Part shown: positions 34,401 to 44,613 of the stretch, one piece after another
How positions within the stretch are numbered: position 1 is the stretch's first letter
Layout: every line of letters begins with the position of its first letter
Source of the DNA: a virus
Reading direction: 5' to 3' (one strand)
IMG/VR virus record: IMGVR_UViG_3300032285_002884
DNA length: 64,000 nt
Position numbers and translations under genes: made by a program
The notes under the pieces: model-generated
What the model saw: only the letters and a program-made list of their open reading frames with translations
The model's database searches: none
Told to the model about the DNA's origin: nothing

Positions 34401-37015
34401 GATGGCGGTCTCTGCCTTCGCCAAGGAGGAGGCTTCCGGCGCTCCCCCGAAGCACGCGGTGAACCTCACACTGATGGGTACCGTCAAGGAGAAGAATCAG
34501 AACGACCTCATGTACCTCAGCAACGGTCCCGCCTCTAACCTCAACATGCCTGTCGACCCCAGCAAGTCCGTGGCGATGGCTGTGGGCGACGACGGCAGGC
34601 TCTGGCTCAAGTCTAAGGGCGGTCAGTGGAAGCGAGTGATGACGGAATGACTGAGGAGTACGTCGACGTTCTGGCACTGAGGGAGGAGGTTGCGGAGCTG
34701 GTCTCTCGTAACAGGTACCTCGAGCGGTCTCTCATGGACCTCAAGCAGACCATCTCCGACAAGGAGGACGAGATCTACCGTCTGACACAGAAGATCAGGG
34801 AGGGCCTCCGTGATGGAGAAGAGTGAGGTCAAGGACATCGCGTATAAGCAGGCGAAGTACGCCGTACTGGACATGCTGGCCGACTTGACTGTCTCTCATC
34901 ATATAGAGAGGGTCTCGATCACGGGGCACGGTAAGAAGCAGGTCTGTCTGGTGACCACGGTGTCGGTCGCCGGAAAGACAGTGAGCGCCGGGGCCATCCC
35001 CATTAGGGACCTCAAGGAAGTCTTGGACTACATGGAGTAAGGGCTCCAAAAAATTTCCGCACACCTATGTGGTAACAGAGGAAGAACAGATGGACATTAC
35101 AGATCGACTAGAATCGTGGGCAGAGCAGTGTGAGGGTCCGCTGGACGACGACATCAGAGAGATCGTGAACGAGCTTCGAGTCACTCGAGCCGACCGCGAC
35201 CTCTGGATAAGTAAGACTCAGACGGCAGTCTGGTCTGACTCCGAGTACTGCAAGTTCTTGGAAAGAGAGCACCGTAGACTCTACAGCGTCATGTTCTCCA
35301 TCTCTACGGAAGAACTAGAAGTAGCGCCCGAGATGGTCAAGTTTCAGCGAGACGAGTGGCGTCGTCGAGCCAAGGAAGTAGCCGACGTAAAGATCAACGA
35401 CTAAGTCAGGAGATATACTATGTTTGAAGAAGAATACGAGACCACCGTAACCATGATCGCCACTTCTCGCAGCGACGATCCCGACTTTCCCAGTAACCGC
35501 GTGACCATCACCTTCGACGCCACTGACGCGCACATGAGCGTCATGCTCCGTAAGTTTCAAGACCTGCTCAACGCCATGGGATACGTCACGGACGGTCGTC
35601 ACCTCGAGCTGGTAGACGGCCACGCCATATGAGCGACGAAGTAGACGAGGCGGATCTCAAGCTCGTAGAGGCCTGCGACTACCAGACTAGGCTCGCGGTC
35701 ACCGCTTGGGTGTTCAAGAACGTCGTAGATCAGGCTCGAGAGGGTGGTTCTTTTCGATACTTGATCTACGATCGCCTTGGATTTGAGCCTGATGCCTACG
35801 TTCCTCTCTACATGGCGGGCGGGATGACTATCTCTAACGAGTTCGACCTCACGAGAGACGAAGAAGTCAGAGAAGTCGTGAGAGATAAGCGGATAGAAGA
35901 GCTAAAACCTCTTCTTGGGATGTGTGACGAGCCTGGATGCTTTATGACTGCCTCTAGCGGGTGGCCCGAAACCGCTCCAGAGGGTGAATCTAGGTATCGT
36001 CACACATGTTCCGCTCATTCTAAGCACGATAAATAGGTAGAAGATGACTTTCTGACGCTTTTTAGGATGAAAAGTGCGTGATTTTGCGACAAAAGTCGTG
36101 TTTTCACGCATTTTTTGACCTAGAGAGGCCGAATGAACGTCGTAAAACACATAATCAAGATAGAGCCATACAGCGCAGCTGGGAAGACGACCATTGTCGT
36201 GCCCTCTAACTCGAAGTTTCTTGAGTTCTCGACAGATCATCACGGAAACATCGTCGCTTGGTTCCTAGAACCCAACTCTCGCGACCAAGAAGAGTGGACG
36301 ATCAAGCTCGCGTACCCCGGACCTAACAGACACGTCGACTACGACGACATATATCTCGGAATGCACGTCGAGGAGAACCTAGTCAGACACTATTTTGCGA
36401 CGATCCGCGACATCTAGGGTTGACATTTAATTCTCGTTGATATATAATGATAATATGATCAAACGTGGAGGTCAATATGTCTGGATACAAGTACGCGGTC
36501 AAGTGGGACGTCAAGTTTACTACTCCTAAGCACAGCCTCTATGGAGTCATCGTGACTAAGGAGTGCAAGTTCCCCGACGTATCGTCGGCGACTAAGTTTG
36601 CAATGCGTATTCAGGCTAAAGTCTTGTCTGGAGAACAGCTGATCGGTAAGCCGATCTTGGAGAATTTATAATGCAGGCACATTACAAGTATAACATCGGT
36701 ACTACGTTCTTCGTCCCTCGCGTTAAGGAAGACCACGAGCGCTTGACTACGGTAGTCGACGGTCTTGAGTACGAGCACATCAAGACCTCGTATCACCCAC
36801 ACGTTAAGCAGAAGAAGATCGTAGACGTTCAGATCCAGATCACCGAGCGCGACACTGCTGTCACGTACTACGTCGAGAACGTAGAAAAAAATGAGTACGA
36901 GTACGACATGGGCACGTACGTCGACGAGGAAGACTTGAACTGCTTCTCGGAGTACGAGGCCTTCAGGATAGCTGAGGAGTACGCAGCAAACGAAAAGACC
37001 TGCTACGACTACTGA
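31497..37015 (+). other. Run of about 20 small, translationally coupled hypothetical genes
   Basis: Contiguous ORFs with ATGA/TGATG overlaps (e.g. 31819, 32041, 32338, 32649, 32888, 33127, 35420, 35629, 36133, 36477, 36671). Confidence 0.75.
34357..34650 (+). CDS. Protein with twin-arginine-like signal peptide
   Basis: GTG start: (M)NRRSLFGMFALSPLMAVSAFA. Confidence 0.55.
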   Translation: MNRRSLFGMFALSPLMAVSAFAKEEASGAPPKHAVNLTLMGTVKEKNQNDLMYLSNGPASNLNMPVDPSKSVAMAVGDDGRLWLKSKGGQWKRVMTE

Positions 37016-37287
37016 TTGACGGTCTTCTTAGCGCTGTCTATGTAGGTCTTGATCGACTCGATGCTTACCCTGCAGGTTCTGTTGTTTCTCTGCAGCGTGA
37101 CGATGATCCTAGCGACTTCTACGTCGGTCAGGGTCTCTACCTTAGGGTAGCTCGCCATGACTGGGCAGTTATACATGCTAGCTGGCGGCTCGACTACCGT
37201 GAACTTCTGAGTAGTGATTACTTGAGTTCCAGTCGACTGACAGGCAGCCAGTAGCAGGAACGCTGGAATTAAGAAGAGCTTCTTCAT
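37009..37287 (-). CDS. Outer-membrane spanin (Rz1-like lipoprotein)
   Basis: Lipobox LLLAAC; PP..MYNCP. Confidence 0.8.
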   Translation of the reverse strand: MKKLFLIPAFLLLAACQSTGTQVITTQKFTVVEPPASMYNCPVMASYPKVETLTDVEVARIIVTLQRNNRTCRVSIESIKTYIDSAKKTVNQ

Positions 37288-37288
37288 T

Positions 37289-37663
37289 TTATTCTCCAGC
37301 CAGCTTCTTGATAGTCTTCTTAAGGACTTCAGATGCTGGTCTATTAGACTTCTGAGCTTCGGGTGAAGACAAGAACGAGTCGATTGAGTTGAACTTCTTC
37401 GTGATGACTTCGTTCTGTCGAGCTAGACTGTCAGACAGAGACTTCTGAGTATCCTCGATGGTCCTCATCTTGTTCTGAAAGTCTTGCTGGTCTTGGATTA
37501 CCTGTTCCAGCTGTTTCCGGTTATAGTCGGAGAGAGCTGCTGCCTCGATCTGGTGCTTCCAACCGATGTACCCTATCGTGAGCATACCGATCAGAAAAGT
37601 ACCTATGGCTAGATACAGCTGTATCTTACCAAAGTTAATGAAGCCTAATAAGAACTTTAACAT
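37289..37663 (-). CDS. Inner-membrane spanin (Rz-like)
   Basis: N-terminal TM + coiled coil; TATAAATA at 37694-37687. Confidence 0.78.
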   Translation of the reverse strand: MLKFLLGFINFGKIQLYLAIGTFLIGMLTIGYIGWKHQIEAAALSDYNRKQLEQVIQDQQDFQNKMRTIEDTQKSLSDSLARQNEVITKKFNSIDSFLSSPEAQKSNRPASEVLKKTIKKLAGE

Positions 37664-37864
37664 GATAACCTCCGTGTCAGACCGGATATTTATAGGAGAA
37701 ACAAATGGAAGTAGTTGAGATCATTAAGAACGAAGACGGAAGCGGCGTGTTTCAATTCGACTTCACCGAAGAAGAGATGAAGATCTTTGCCCGCTACGGC
37801 ATCATCTACGCGCTGAAGAAGGCGATCGAGGAAGACGAGTTTAATCCTCAAGAGGAGACGACTG

Positions 37865-38527
37865 ATGAAGGTTGATATTGGACCGTACGTCTCTACATGG
37901 AGCACATATCGTGTCTATAGGAAGTGGCTCGAGTGGCGCTACGGCGAACACATCTTGCTGATTGAAGACGAAGACACCGACGCGTATGACTTCATCATCG
38001 AGAAGGTCCTCGACGCTTGGCAGGTCGTCCTAGACGCTACGATCAACAAGTTCATCACTTGGCGCGGTCGTCGTGAGAAGGTCCGCATCGACCCCTATGA
38101 TACTTGGAGCATGGACCACACCCTCGCCCTGATCATCGTGCCGATGCTCAAGCAGCTCAAGGTCACCAACCACGGCTTCCAGTTCACCGATCCCGAAGAC
38201 GCTCCCACTATCGGCAAGGGAGACGAGGTTGACTTCGGTCACTCTGACACTAAGGCGTCGGAGCGCTGGGACTGGGTCATGGACGAGATGATCTGGGCCT
38301 TCTCTCAGATCTCTAGAGAGTGGGACGACGGTGAAGAGACCTACTACGACAAGTACCAGCCAGACGAAGAAGTCAGTCGTGTAAAAGTCGGCGACAAATA
38401 CATCGAGACCGAAGAAGAAGCCCGCGAGCGCGGAAAGTTCAATCCCGATAAATACAAAGAGTACAACGACAGGATCGCCAACGGTCTTCGCTTGTTCGGA
38501 AAGTACTATCGTGGTCTTTGGGACTGA
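37865..38527 (+). CDS. Hypothetical protein
   Basis: IDPYDTWSMDHTLA..PML, WDWVMDEMIWAF, LFGKYYRGLWD. Confidence 0.8.
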   Translation: MKVDIGPYVSTWSTYRVYRKWLEWRYGEHILLIEDEDTDAYDFIIEKVLDAWQVVLDATINKFITWRGRREKVRIDPYDTWSMDHTLALIIVPMLKQLKVTNHGFQFTDPEDAPTIGKGDEVDFGHSDTKASERWDWVMDEMIWAFSQISREWDDGEETYYDKYQPDEEVSRVKVGDKYIETEEEARERGKFNPDKYKEYNDRIANGLRLFGKYYRGLWD

Positions 38528-38835
38528 GGAAATGGTTCGCGTAAGCAACATCCAGATCATCGACGAGGAGATCGTCTTGCAGGCAGCTGAGTTCCTCGGA
38601 GGAAACAGCGCCTTCACTAAGATGCTGGGTGTCGCGGACGAGTACAGGGAGGCAGACATGACTCCTATGTTCCTGCTTGACTTAGACAGCAAGTACGTGT
38701 TCTGCGTCGCCAAGGAAACGTTCAATAAAAAATTGAACTGAGTCTATTGACTTTTTAGAAAAGATGACTAAATAATATCATGGGTTGCCATTTGGGACCC
38801 ATGATACATCAACCTTGCCTTACAGGAGGTCTAAT

Positions 38836-39366
38836 ATGAATAAGCTTTTTGATCACACCTTTGCTGAGCTCGACAAGTTCAACAAGTTCTTTGTCGGGAG
38901 TGACAAGTTCACGGAGCGCTGGAACGACGCCGTCAACCAGCTCGCCAACACCGCAGTCAACACTGCATATCCCCCTTTCAATCTCAAGAAGACAGAAGAG
39001 AACACGTACGTTATCGAGATGGCAGTAGCCGGATTCGGTAAGAACGATCTCGAGATGACTCTTGAAGATAACAAGCTCACCGTCAACGGAAAGACTACCA
39101 TCGATAATCTCGTAGCCGACGGTATTGAGCAGACCTTCCTCCACAAGGGCATCTCCGACCGCCCATTCACTCGTACCTTCACCCTCGCTGACAACGTCGT
39201 CATTAACAACGCGGCACTCGTAAATGGCCTGCTTAAGATCTGGCTTGAACACATTATCCCCGAGGATAAGAAGCCTAAGAAGATCGACATCACCGACGAG
39301 GAAACTTCAAACGTGAAGACTCCTCGCGCAAAGCAGCCGTACACAGACGAAGATAAGGTAAGATAA
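38836..39366 (+). CDS. Small heat shock protein (IbpA/Hsp20)
   Basis: YPPFN, YVIEMAVAGF, LHKGI..R.F.R.F.LA, NGLL. Confidence 0.95.
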   Translation: MNKLFDHTFAELDKFNKFFVGSDKFTERWNDAVNQLANTAVNTAYPPFNLKKTEENTYVIEMAVAGFGKNDLEMTLEDNKLTVNGKTTIDNLVADGIEQTFLHKGISDRPFTRTFTLADNVVINNAALVNGLLKIWLEHIIPEDKKPKKIDITDEETSNVKTPRAKQPYTDEDKVR

Positions 39367-39519
39367 ATGTCAGACATCATAAAGAACGTTCGTTCTTGGC
39401 TTAAGCGCCAGGAGCGAGTACGAAGGACTATCTATGAGCTATCGTCTCTAAACGACAAAGAGCTATCAGACATCGGTGTCAACAGGTCAGACATCTATAG
39501 AATCGCTAGGGAGGTCTAA
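39367..39519 (+). CDS. DUF1127 protein (50 aa)
   Basis: RRTIYELSSLNDKELSDIGVNRSDI. Confidence 0.88.
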   Translation: MSDIIKNVRSWLKRQERVRRTIYELSSLNDKELSDIGVNRSDIYRIAREV

Positions 39520-39570
39520 CATGTGGCCATACACGGTAGACGAACTAGTGATAATCAACGGTAAATAATC

Positions 39571-39601
39571 AGAGGGGGGATCTTCCCCCTCTTTTCTTTT
39601 T
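39571..39601 (+). terminator. Intrinsic terminator
   Basis: agaggggga-tct-tccccctct-tttcttttt. Confidence 0.85.
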
Positions 39602-39638
39602 GGTTGACAAATATCTCAAAACATGGTATATTAACACT

Positions 39639-42155
39639 ATGAATTTCTATACACACGTCCATATCATGCGAGACTCGATCTACCTTCGCGGCTACTCTAA
39701 TGGGAAGCGCGTTCTAGAGACGATCGAATATGAGCCGTACCTGTTTGAGGTAACCGGACGCAAGTCCGAGTATTCTACCCTCGACGGAAAGCCCGCCGAG
39801 AAGATCCCATTCAAGTCCATGCGCGAGGCCAAGGAGTACGTCGAGCTATACAAGGACACTATGGGTAAGCGAGTCTATGGACTCACCAACTTCCAGTACG
39901 TCTTTCTCAACGATGAGTATCCGGGCGAGCTTGAGTACGACCCGAGTCAGATCTCGGTAGTAAGCCTCGACATCGAGACCGACTCGAGCGGTGGATTCCC
40001 GAACATCAAGGAAGCCGACAAGGCCATCACTGCGATCTCGATATCTAAGAACGGTAAGAAGATCGTCTTAGGTACTCGCTTCTATAAGTCAAAGTCGAAC
40101 GACGTCGTCTACAGAATGTGTAAAGACGAGAAAGACCTGCTCAATAAGTTCCTCGTCGTTTGGACACATGAGGACTGGGCTCCCGACGTCGTGACCGGCT
40201 GGAACGTCGAGATGTTCGACATCCCTTACATCTACAACCGAATCCGAGTCGTGCTAGGTGAGAAGAGCGCCAAGATGCTGTCGCCTTGGGGTCGAGTACA
40301 CGAACGTGAGATCGTTCGCGGTAAGTCTTCTTCTAATGCCAGCAAAGACCTCGAAGGTAGAGTAGACCATGTGTACGACATGGTCGGCATCGCCGTTCTC
40401 GACTACCTCCAGCTGTACAAGAAGTTCTCGTTTAAGAACCAAGCGTCCTACAAGCTCGACCACATCGCCAACGTCGAGCTCGGTGAGAGGAAGCTAGACT
40501 ACTCAGAGTACGGGTCACTCAACGACCTCTATGAGAAGAACTACGAGCTCTTCATTGACTACAACATCCACGACGTCGTCTTGGTCGATCGACTCGAGGA
40601 GAAGCTTGGTCTTATCAAGCAGGTGTTTGCCATGGCCTACGACGCCAAGGTGAACTACGTCGACGTCTTGACTACGGTGCGCCCTTGGGACGTCATCATC
40701 CACAACTACCTTATGGGCAAGAAGACCGTAATCCCTCAGTTCGAGAAGGGTGACGACGACTTCAACCTCGTCGGCGGTCACGTCAAGGAACCTCAGCTCG
40801 GTATGCATAAGTGGGTCGCGTCTTTCGACTTGAACTCACTCTACCCGCACCTGATCATGCAGTACAACATCTCTCCCGAGACGTTCGTCGAGAAGCTCGA
40901 CTCTTTTCCAAGCATCGACTCTCTGCTCGAGCGGTCGACAGACTATGAGTACAACGAGGAGTGGTCGTACGCCGCAAACGGCTGCGTGTACCGCAGGGAC
41001 AAGCTTGGGTTCCTTCCCGAGCTGATGCAGAAGATGTACGACGATCGCGCCAAGTACAAGAAGATGATGATCGAGGCGAAGAAGAGGTACGAGGAGACTC
41101 ACTCTCGCAAAGACGAGAACGACATTGCTCGATACCACAACCTTCAGCTCGCCAAGAAGATCCAGCTAAACTCGGCTTACGGCGCACTCGGCAACGCGTA
41201 CTTCCGCTGGTTCAACTTCGATCACGCCGAGGCCATCACCACTTCTGGTCAGCTGTCTATTCGCTGGATCGAGAAGCGGATGAACGAGTTCCTAAACAAG
41301 CTGCTCAAGACTGATAACTTCGACTTCGTCATCGCCTCCGACACCGACTCGATCTACGTCAACCTTGAGCCGCTGGTCAACTCGGTATTTCCAGGCGAGA
41401 CCGACAAGCTTAAGATCGTCGACGCCCTCGACAAGTTCATCGAGGTAAAGATCCAGCCGTTCATGGACAAGACGTATCAAGACCTCGCCGACTACATGAA
41501 CGCTCGTCAGCAGAAGATGAAGATGAAGCGTGAGACGATCGCCGACAAGGGGATCTGGATCGCGAAGAAGATGTACATGCTGAACGCTTGGGACATCGAG
41601 GGCGTGCGCTATGAGAAGCCAAAGCTGAAGGTGATGGGTATCGCGTCCGTAAGGTCTTCTACTCCGGCGTCGTGTCGCTCGGCACTCGAGACCGGCATCA
41701 CCAAGATCATGAATGAGGACGAGGAGTCAGTCATCGACTTCATCGCGAAGTTCAGGGAAGAGTTTGAGACTCTCCCGTTTGAGGAGATCGCGTTCCCTCG
41801 CGGTATTAAGAACATGAACAAGTATCGCGACAGCCTGACCATCTATAAGAAGGCTACTCCGATTCAGGTCAAGGGAGCCTTGATATATAATAAGTTCGTC
41901 CAGAAATTCGGCAACAAGTACATGCCGATCTCGGACGGTGACAAGGTAAAGTTCGCATACCTCAAGATCCCAAACATAGTCCATGAGCACGTGATCGCAG
42001 TTCCGGACGAGATGCCCGACGAGTTTGATCTCAACAAGTATCTCGACCGCGACATGCAGTTTGATAAGGGCTTCCTTGAGCCTATAAGGTCTATTCTCGA
42101 GGTTATCGGCTGGTCGACCGAGAAGAAGTCGACTCTTGAAGACTTCTTTGGATAA
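39639..42155 (+). CDS. 43: Family B DNA polymerase (gp43)
   Basis: DIET exonuclease motif, SFDLNSLYP, KIQLNSAYG, SDTDS. Confidence 0.98.
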   Translation: MNFYTHVHIMRDSIYLRGYSNGKRVLETIEYEPYLFEVTGRKSEYSTLDGKPAEKIPFKSMREAKEYVELYKDTMGKRVYGLTNFQYVFLNDEYPGELEYDPSQISVVSLDIETDSSGGFPNIKEADKAITAISISKNGKKIVLGTRFYKSKSNDVVYRMCKDEKDLLNKFLVVWTHEDWAPDVVTGWNVEMFDIPYIYNRIRVVLGEKSAKMLSPWGRVHEREIVRGKSSSNASKDLEGRVDHVYDMVGIAVLDYLQLYKKFSFKNQASYKLDHIANVELGERKLDYSEYGSLNDLYEKNYELFIDYNIHDVVLVDRLEEKLGLIKQVFAMAYDAKVNYVDVLTTVRPWDVIIHNYLMGKKTVIPQFEKGDDDFNLVGGHVKEPQLGMHKWVASFDLNSLYPHLIMQYNISPETFVEKLDSFPSIDSLLERSTDYEYNEEWSYAANGCVYRRDKLGFLPELMQKMYDDRAKYKKMMIEAKKRYEETHSRKDENDIARYHNLQLAKKIQLNSAYGALGNAYFRWFNFDHAEAITTSGQLSIRWIEKRMNEFLNKLLKTDNFDFVIASDTDSIYVNLEPLVNSVFPGETDKLKIVDALDKFIEVKIQPFMDKTYQDLADYMNARQQKMKMKRETIADKGIWIAKKMYMLNAWDIEGVRYEKPKLKVMGIASVRSSTPASCRSALETGITKIMNEDEESVIDFIAKFREEFETLPFEEIAFPRGIKNMNKYRDSLTIYKKATPIQVKGALIYNKFVQKFGNKYMPISDGDKVKFAYLKIPNIVHEHVIAVPDEMPDEFDLNKYLDRDMQFDKGFLEPIRSILEVIGWSTEKKSTLEDFFG

Positions 42156-42166
42156 GGAAAGACAAG

Positions 42167-42445
42167 ATGAACATTGACGACGACTTTGGATTCTCACTAG
42201 TATCTGAGACTGAACTTAAAGCACACGAAGAGACTCTTAAGAAGAAAGTCGAGGAGCAGTCTCGAGTAGTCGAGAAGACCTCGAAGGAAGCTAAGGATAA
42301 GATCCACACGCTGCGTGACATGATCATGCCTCTTCTCAACAACCTATCAAAGGATCCGTCTAAGGAGTACATCCTCTGGCCGGATCGCGCAGCCAAGATT
42401 CAAGCATTTATCAAGAAGATCAACGACTTCGTGGATGAGAAATGA
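42167..42445 (+). CDS. Hypothetical protein
   Basis: DDFGFS..PLLNNL....YI.WPDR. Confidence 0.75.
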   Translation: MNIDDDFGFSLVSETELKAHEETLKKKVEEQSRVVEKTSKEAKDKIHTLRDMIMPLLNNLSKDPSKEYILWPDRAAKIQAFIKKINDFVDEK

Positions 42446-43296
42446 TCGACTACATCGCTCTGTCGATAGCCCTCTCGGTGTCAGCTGTCTCGGGATACTA
42501 CTCAATCATCGGGTTGACTACTATCTTCTCGGCTTCTTTCTGGCCAGTTGTGGTCATGGGCTGCGTACTCGAGGCAGGTAAGCTCGTCTCTGCGTCTTGG
42601 CTGTACCGTAACTGGAAGACTGCGCCGCTCTTTCTCAAGTCATACCTTACACTGGCAGTAGTCGTCTTGATGCTCATCACGAGCATGGGTATCTTTGGGT
42701 TCCTATCCAAGGCACACATCGATCAACAGATAAACATAACTACCGGCAACGCCGATAAAGTACTCGTCATCAATAATAAGATCGATGTCGAGACTCAGAC
42801 AATCAAGGACATCGATCTGCAGATATCACAGATCGACAACGCAGTAACTAAGATGACAGACAAGGGGCAGGCCCAGTCGTCTCTGAACGCGGCAGACAGA
42901 CAGAGGAAGCTTCGAGATGATCTCACTAAACAAAAGAACGCACATGTCGATACGCTATCAAAGCTTAAAGAAGAAAAGATACCGCTTGAGTCTAGTCTCA
43001 AGAAGATGGAAGCTGAAGTCGGACCAATCAAGTACATCGCTCAGCTACTATTTACCGATGCTGGCAGCGAAAATCTCGAGAGAGCCATCAGAGGTGTCAT
43101 TCTTCTCTTGGTGATCGTGTTCGACCCTCTCGCGGTAGTCCTTCTCATCGCAGCGAACAGCGGGCTAGCTCGCAATCAAGTCGAAGAAGAAGTGAGACCT
43201 AAAAAGAAGCAGTTGACAAATAAGCCAAAACGTGATAATATATTAAAGATCGATAATAACAACATTACGCAGTTCATAGACAAGGAGAAGCCATGA
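42442..43296 (+). CDS. Multi-TM membrane protein with coiled coil
   Basis: ITSMGIFGFLSKAH, EVGPIKYIA, VFDPLAV. Confidence 0.75.
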   Translation: MIDYIALSIALSVSAVSGYYSIIGLTTIFSASFWPVVVMGCVLEAGKLVSASWLYRNWKTAPLFLKSYLTLAVVVLMLITSMGIFGFLSKAHIDQQINITTGNADKVLVINNKIDVETQTIKDIDLQISQIDNAVTKMTDKGQAQSSLNAADRQRKLRDDLTKQKNAHVDTLSKLKEEKIPLESSLKKMEAEVGPIKYIAQLLFTDAGSENLERAIRGVILLLVIVFDPLAVVLLIAANSGLARNQVEEEVRPKKKQLTNKPKRDNILKIDNNNITQFIDKEKP

Positions 43297-44366
43297 GTAA
43301 TTTCTTTCGTAACTTCGTTGAGCAGATCAAGGACGACGATACCTCGATCATGGCCGACGGCAAGGGCTCAGCCGAGTTCAGCGGAACCATCGACACAGGC
43401 AGCTACATCATGAACGCTGTCTTGTCTGGAAGTCTCTATGGCGGCATCCCAAACAACAAGATCACTGCCTTTGCGGGTGAGTCAGCTACCGGTAAGACGT
43501 TCTTCGTCCTCGGCATCGTTAAGTCGTTCCTTGACCAGAACCCCAATGCCGGTGTAGTCTACTACGACACCGAGGCAGCGGTCACCAAGAACATGATGGA
43601 GGAGCGCGGCATCGACACGCAGCGAGTCGTCATCGCCGAGGTCGACACTGTCCAGAAGTTCCGTCACCACGCTCTCAAGATGATCGACTCCTATGAGAAG
43701 GTCAAGGAGAAGGAGCGTCCGCCTATGATGTTCATCCTTGACTCGCTCGGCCAGCTGTCGTCTACCAAGGAAATGGAAGACACTGCCGAGGGCAAGGAGA
43801 CCCGCGACATGACGAAGGCACAGATCATCAAGGCAGCCTTCCGCGTCTTGACTCTCCGACTCGCCAAGGTCGGCGTCCCTATGCTCGTCACCAACCACGT
43901 CTACGCTGCCATGGGTTCTATGTTCCCGACCAACGAGATGGCCGGCGGCTCTGGTCTCAAGTACTCTGCCTCCACGATCGCCATGCTCTCGAAGCGCAAG
44001 GAGAAGGACGGCAACGAGGTCATCGGCAACATCGTCCACGTCAAGATGTACAAGTCTCGTCTCTCCAAGGAGAACAAGATGGTCGACGTCCTCCTTACCT
44101 ACAAGGACGGTCTCGACCGCTGGTACGGTCTGCTCGAGTTGGCCGAGCGTCATGGCGTGTTCAAGAAGGTCAGCACTCGCTTCGAGATGCCAGACGGCTC
44201 TAAGGTCTTTGGTAAGACGATCAACGACAATCCCGAGAAGTACTTTACCAAGGAAGTGATGGCGATGCTCGAGGCTGCGGCCAACAAGGAGTTCCGCTAC
44301 GGCTCCGGTGACGAGCCGGTCAAGTATGACCCAGAGACCGGAGAGATCAATGAGACTGACGAATGA
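43293..44366 (+). CDS. uvsX: RecA-like recombinase UvsX
   Basis: GESATGKT, YYDTE, LDSLG, GGSGLKY. Confidence 0.96.
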   Translation: MSNFFRNFVEQIKDDDTSIMADGKGSAEFSGTIDTGSYIMNAVLSGSLYGGIPNNKITAFAGESATGKTFFVLGIVKSFLDQNPNAGVVYYDTEAAVTKNMMEERGIDTQRVVIAEVDTVQKFRHHALKMIDSYEKVKEKERPPMMFILDSLGQLSSTKEMEDTAEGKETRDMTKAQIIKAAFRVLTLRLAKVGVPMLVTNHVYAAMGSMFPTNEMAGGSGLKYSASTIAMLSKRKEKDGNEVIGNIVHVKMYKSRLSKENKMVDVLLTYKDGLDRWYGLLELAERHGVFKKVSTRFEMPDGSKVFGKTINDNPEKYFTKEVMAMLEAAANKEFRYGSGDEPVKYDPETGEINETDE

Positions 44367-44613
44367 GGTCTTCTACAGTCTAGATAGAAGGCGCAAGGGT
44401 GAGGTCAGAGTAGACGGCGACGTCTACGTCTGCCTCTTCTTTGAAGATGATAAACTGATTGGTGTCCAGCCATGTCCAGACAAGAGCATCTGGTGGGCTC
44501 GCGACGTAGCTGAGAACTTTACACTGGGGATTCTGAATGTCGATAGAGAAGGTGATCTTCGCGAACCTGCTGGCGACGGAGGGGTTCGGACGGAAGGTAA
44601 TCCCGTTCCTTAA
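44350..44613 (+). CDS. Hypothetical protein
   Basis: KSIWWARDVAENF; overlaps neighbours. Confidence 0.5.
   Translation: MRLTNEVFYSLDRRRKGEVRVDGDVYVCLFFEDDKLIGVQPCPDKSIWWARDVAENFTLGILNVDREGDLREPAGDGGVRTEGNPVP

Noticed and set aside
43482-44153. Long antisense ORFs (also 29566-30171, 38030-38725, 55840-56478)
   Set aside because: Shadow frames of well-supported genes with biased codon usage.
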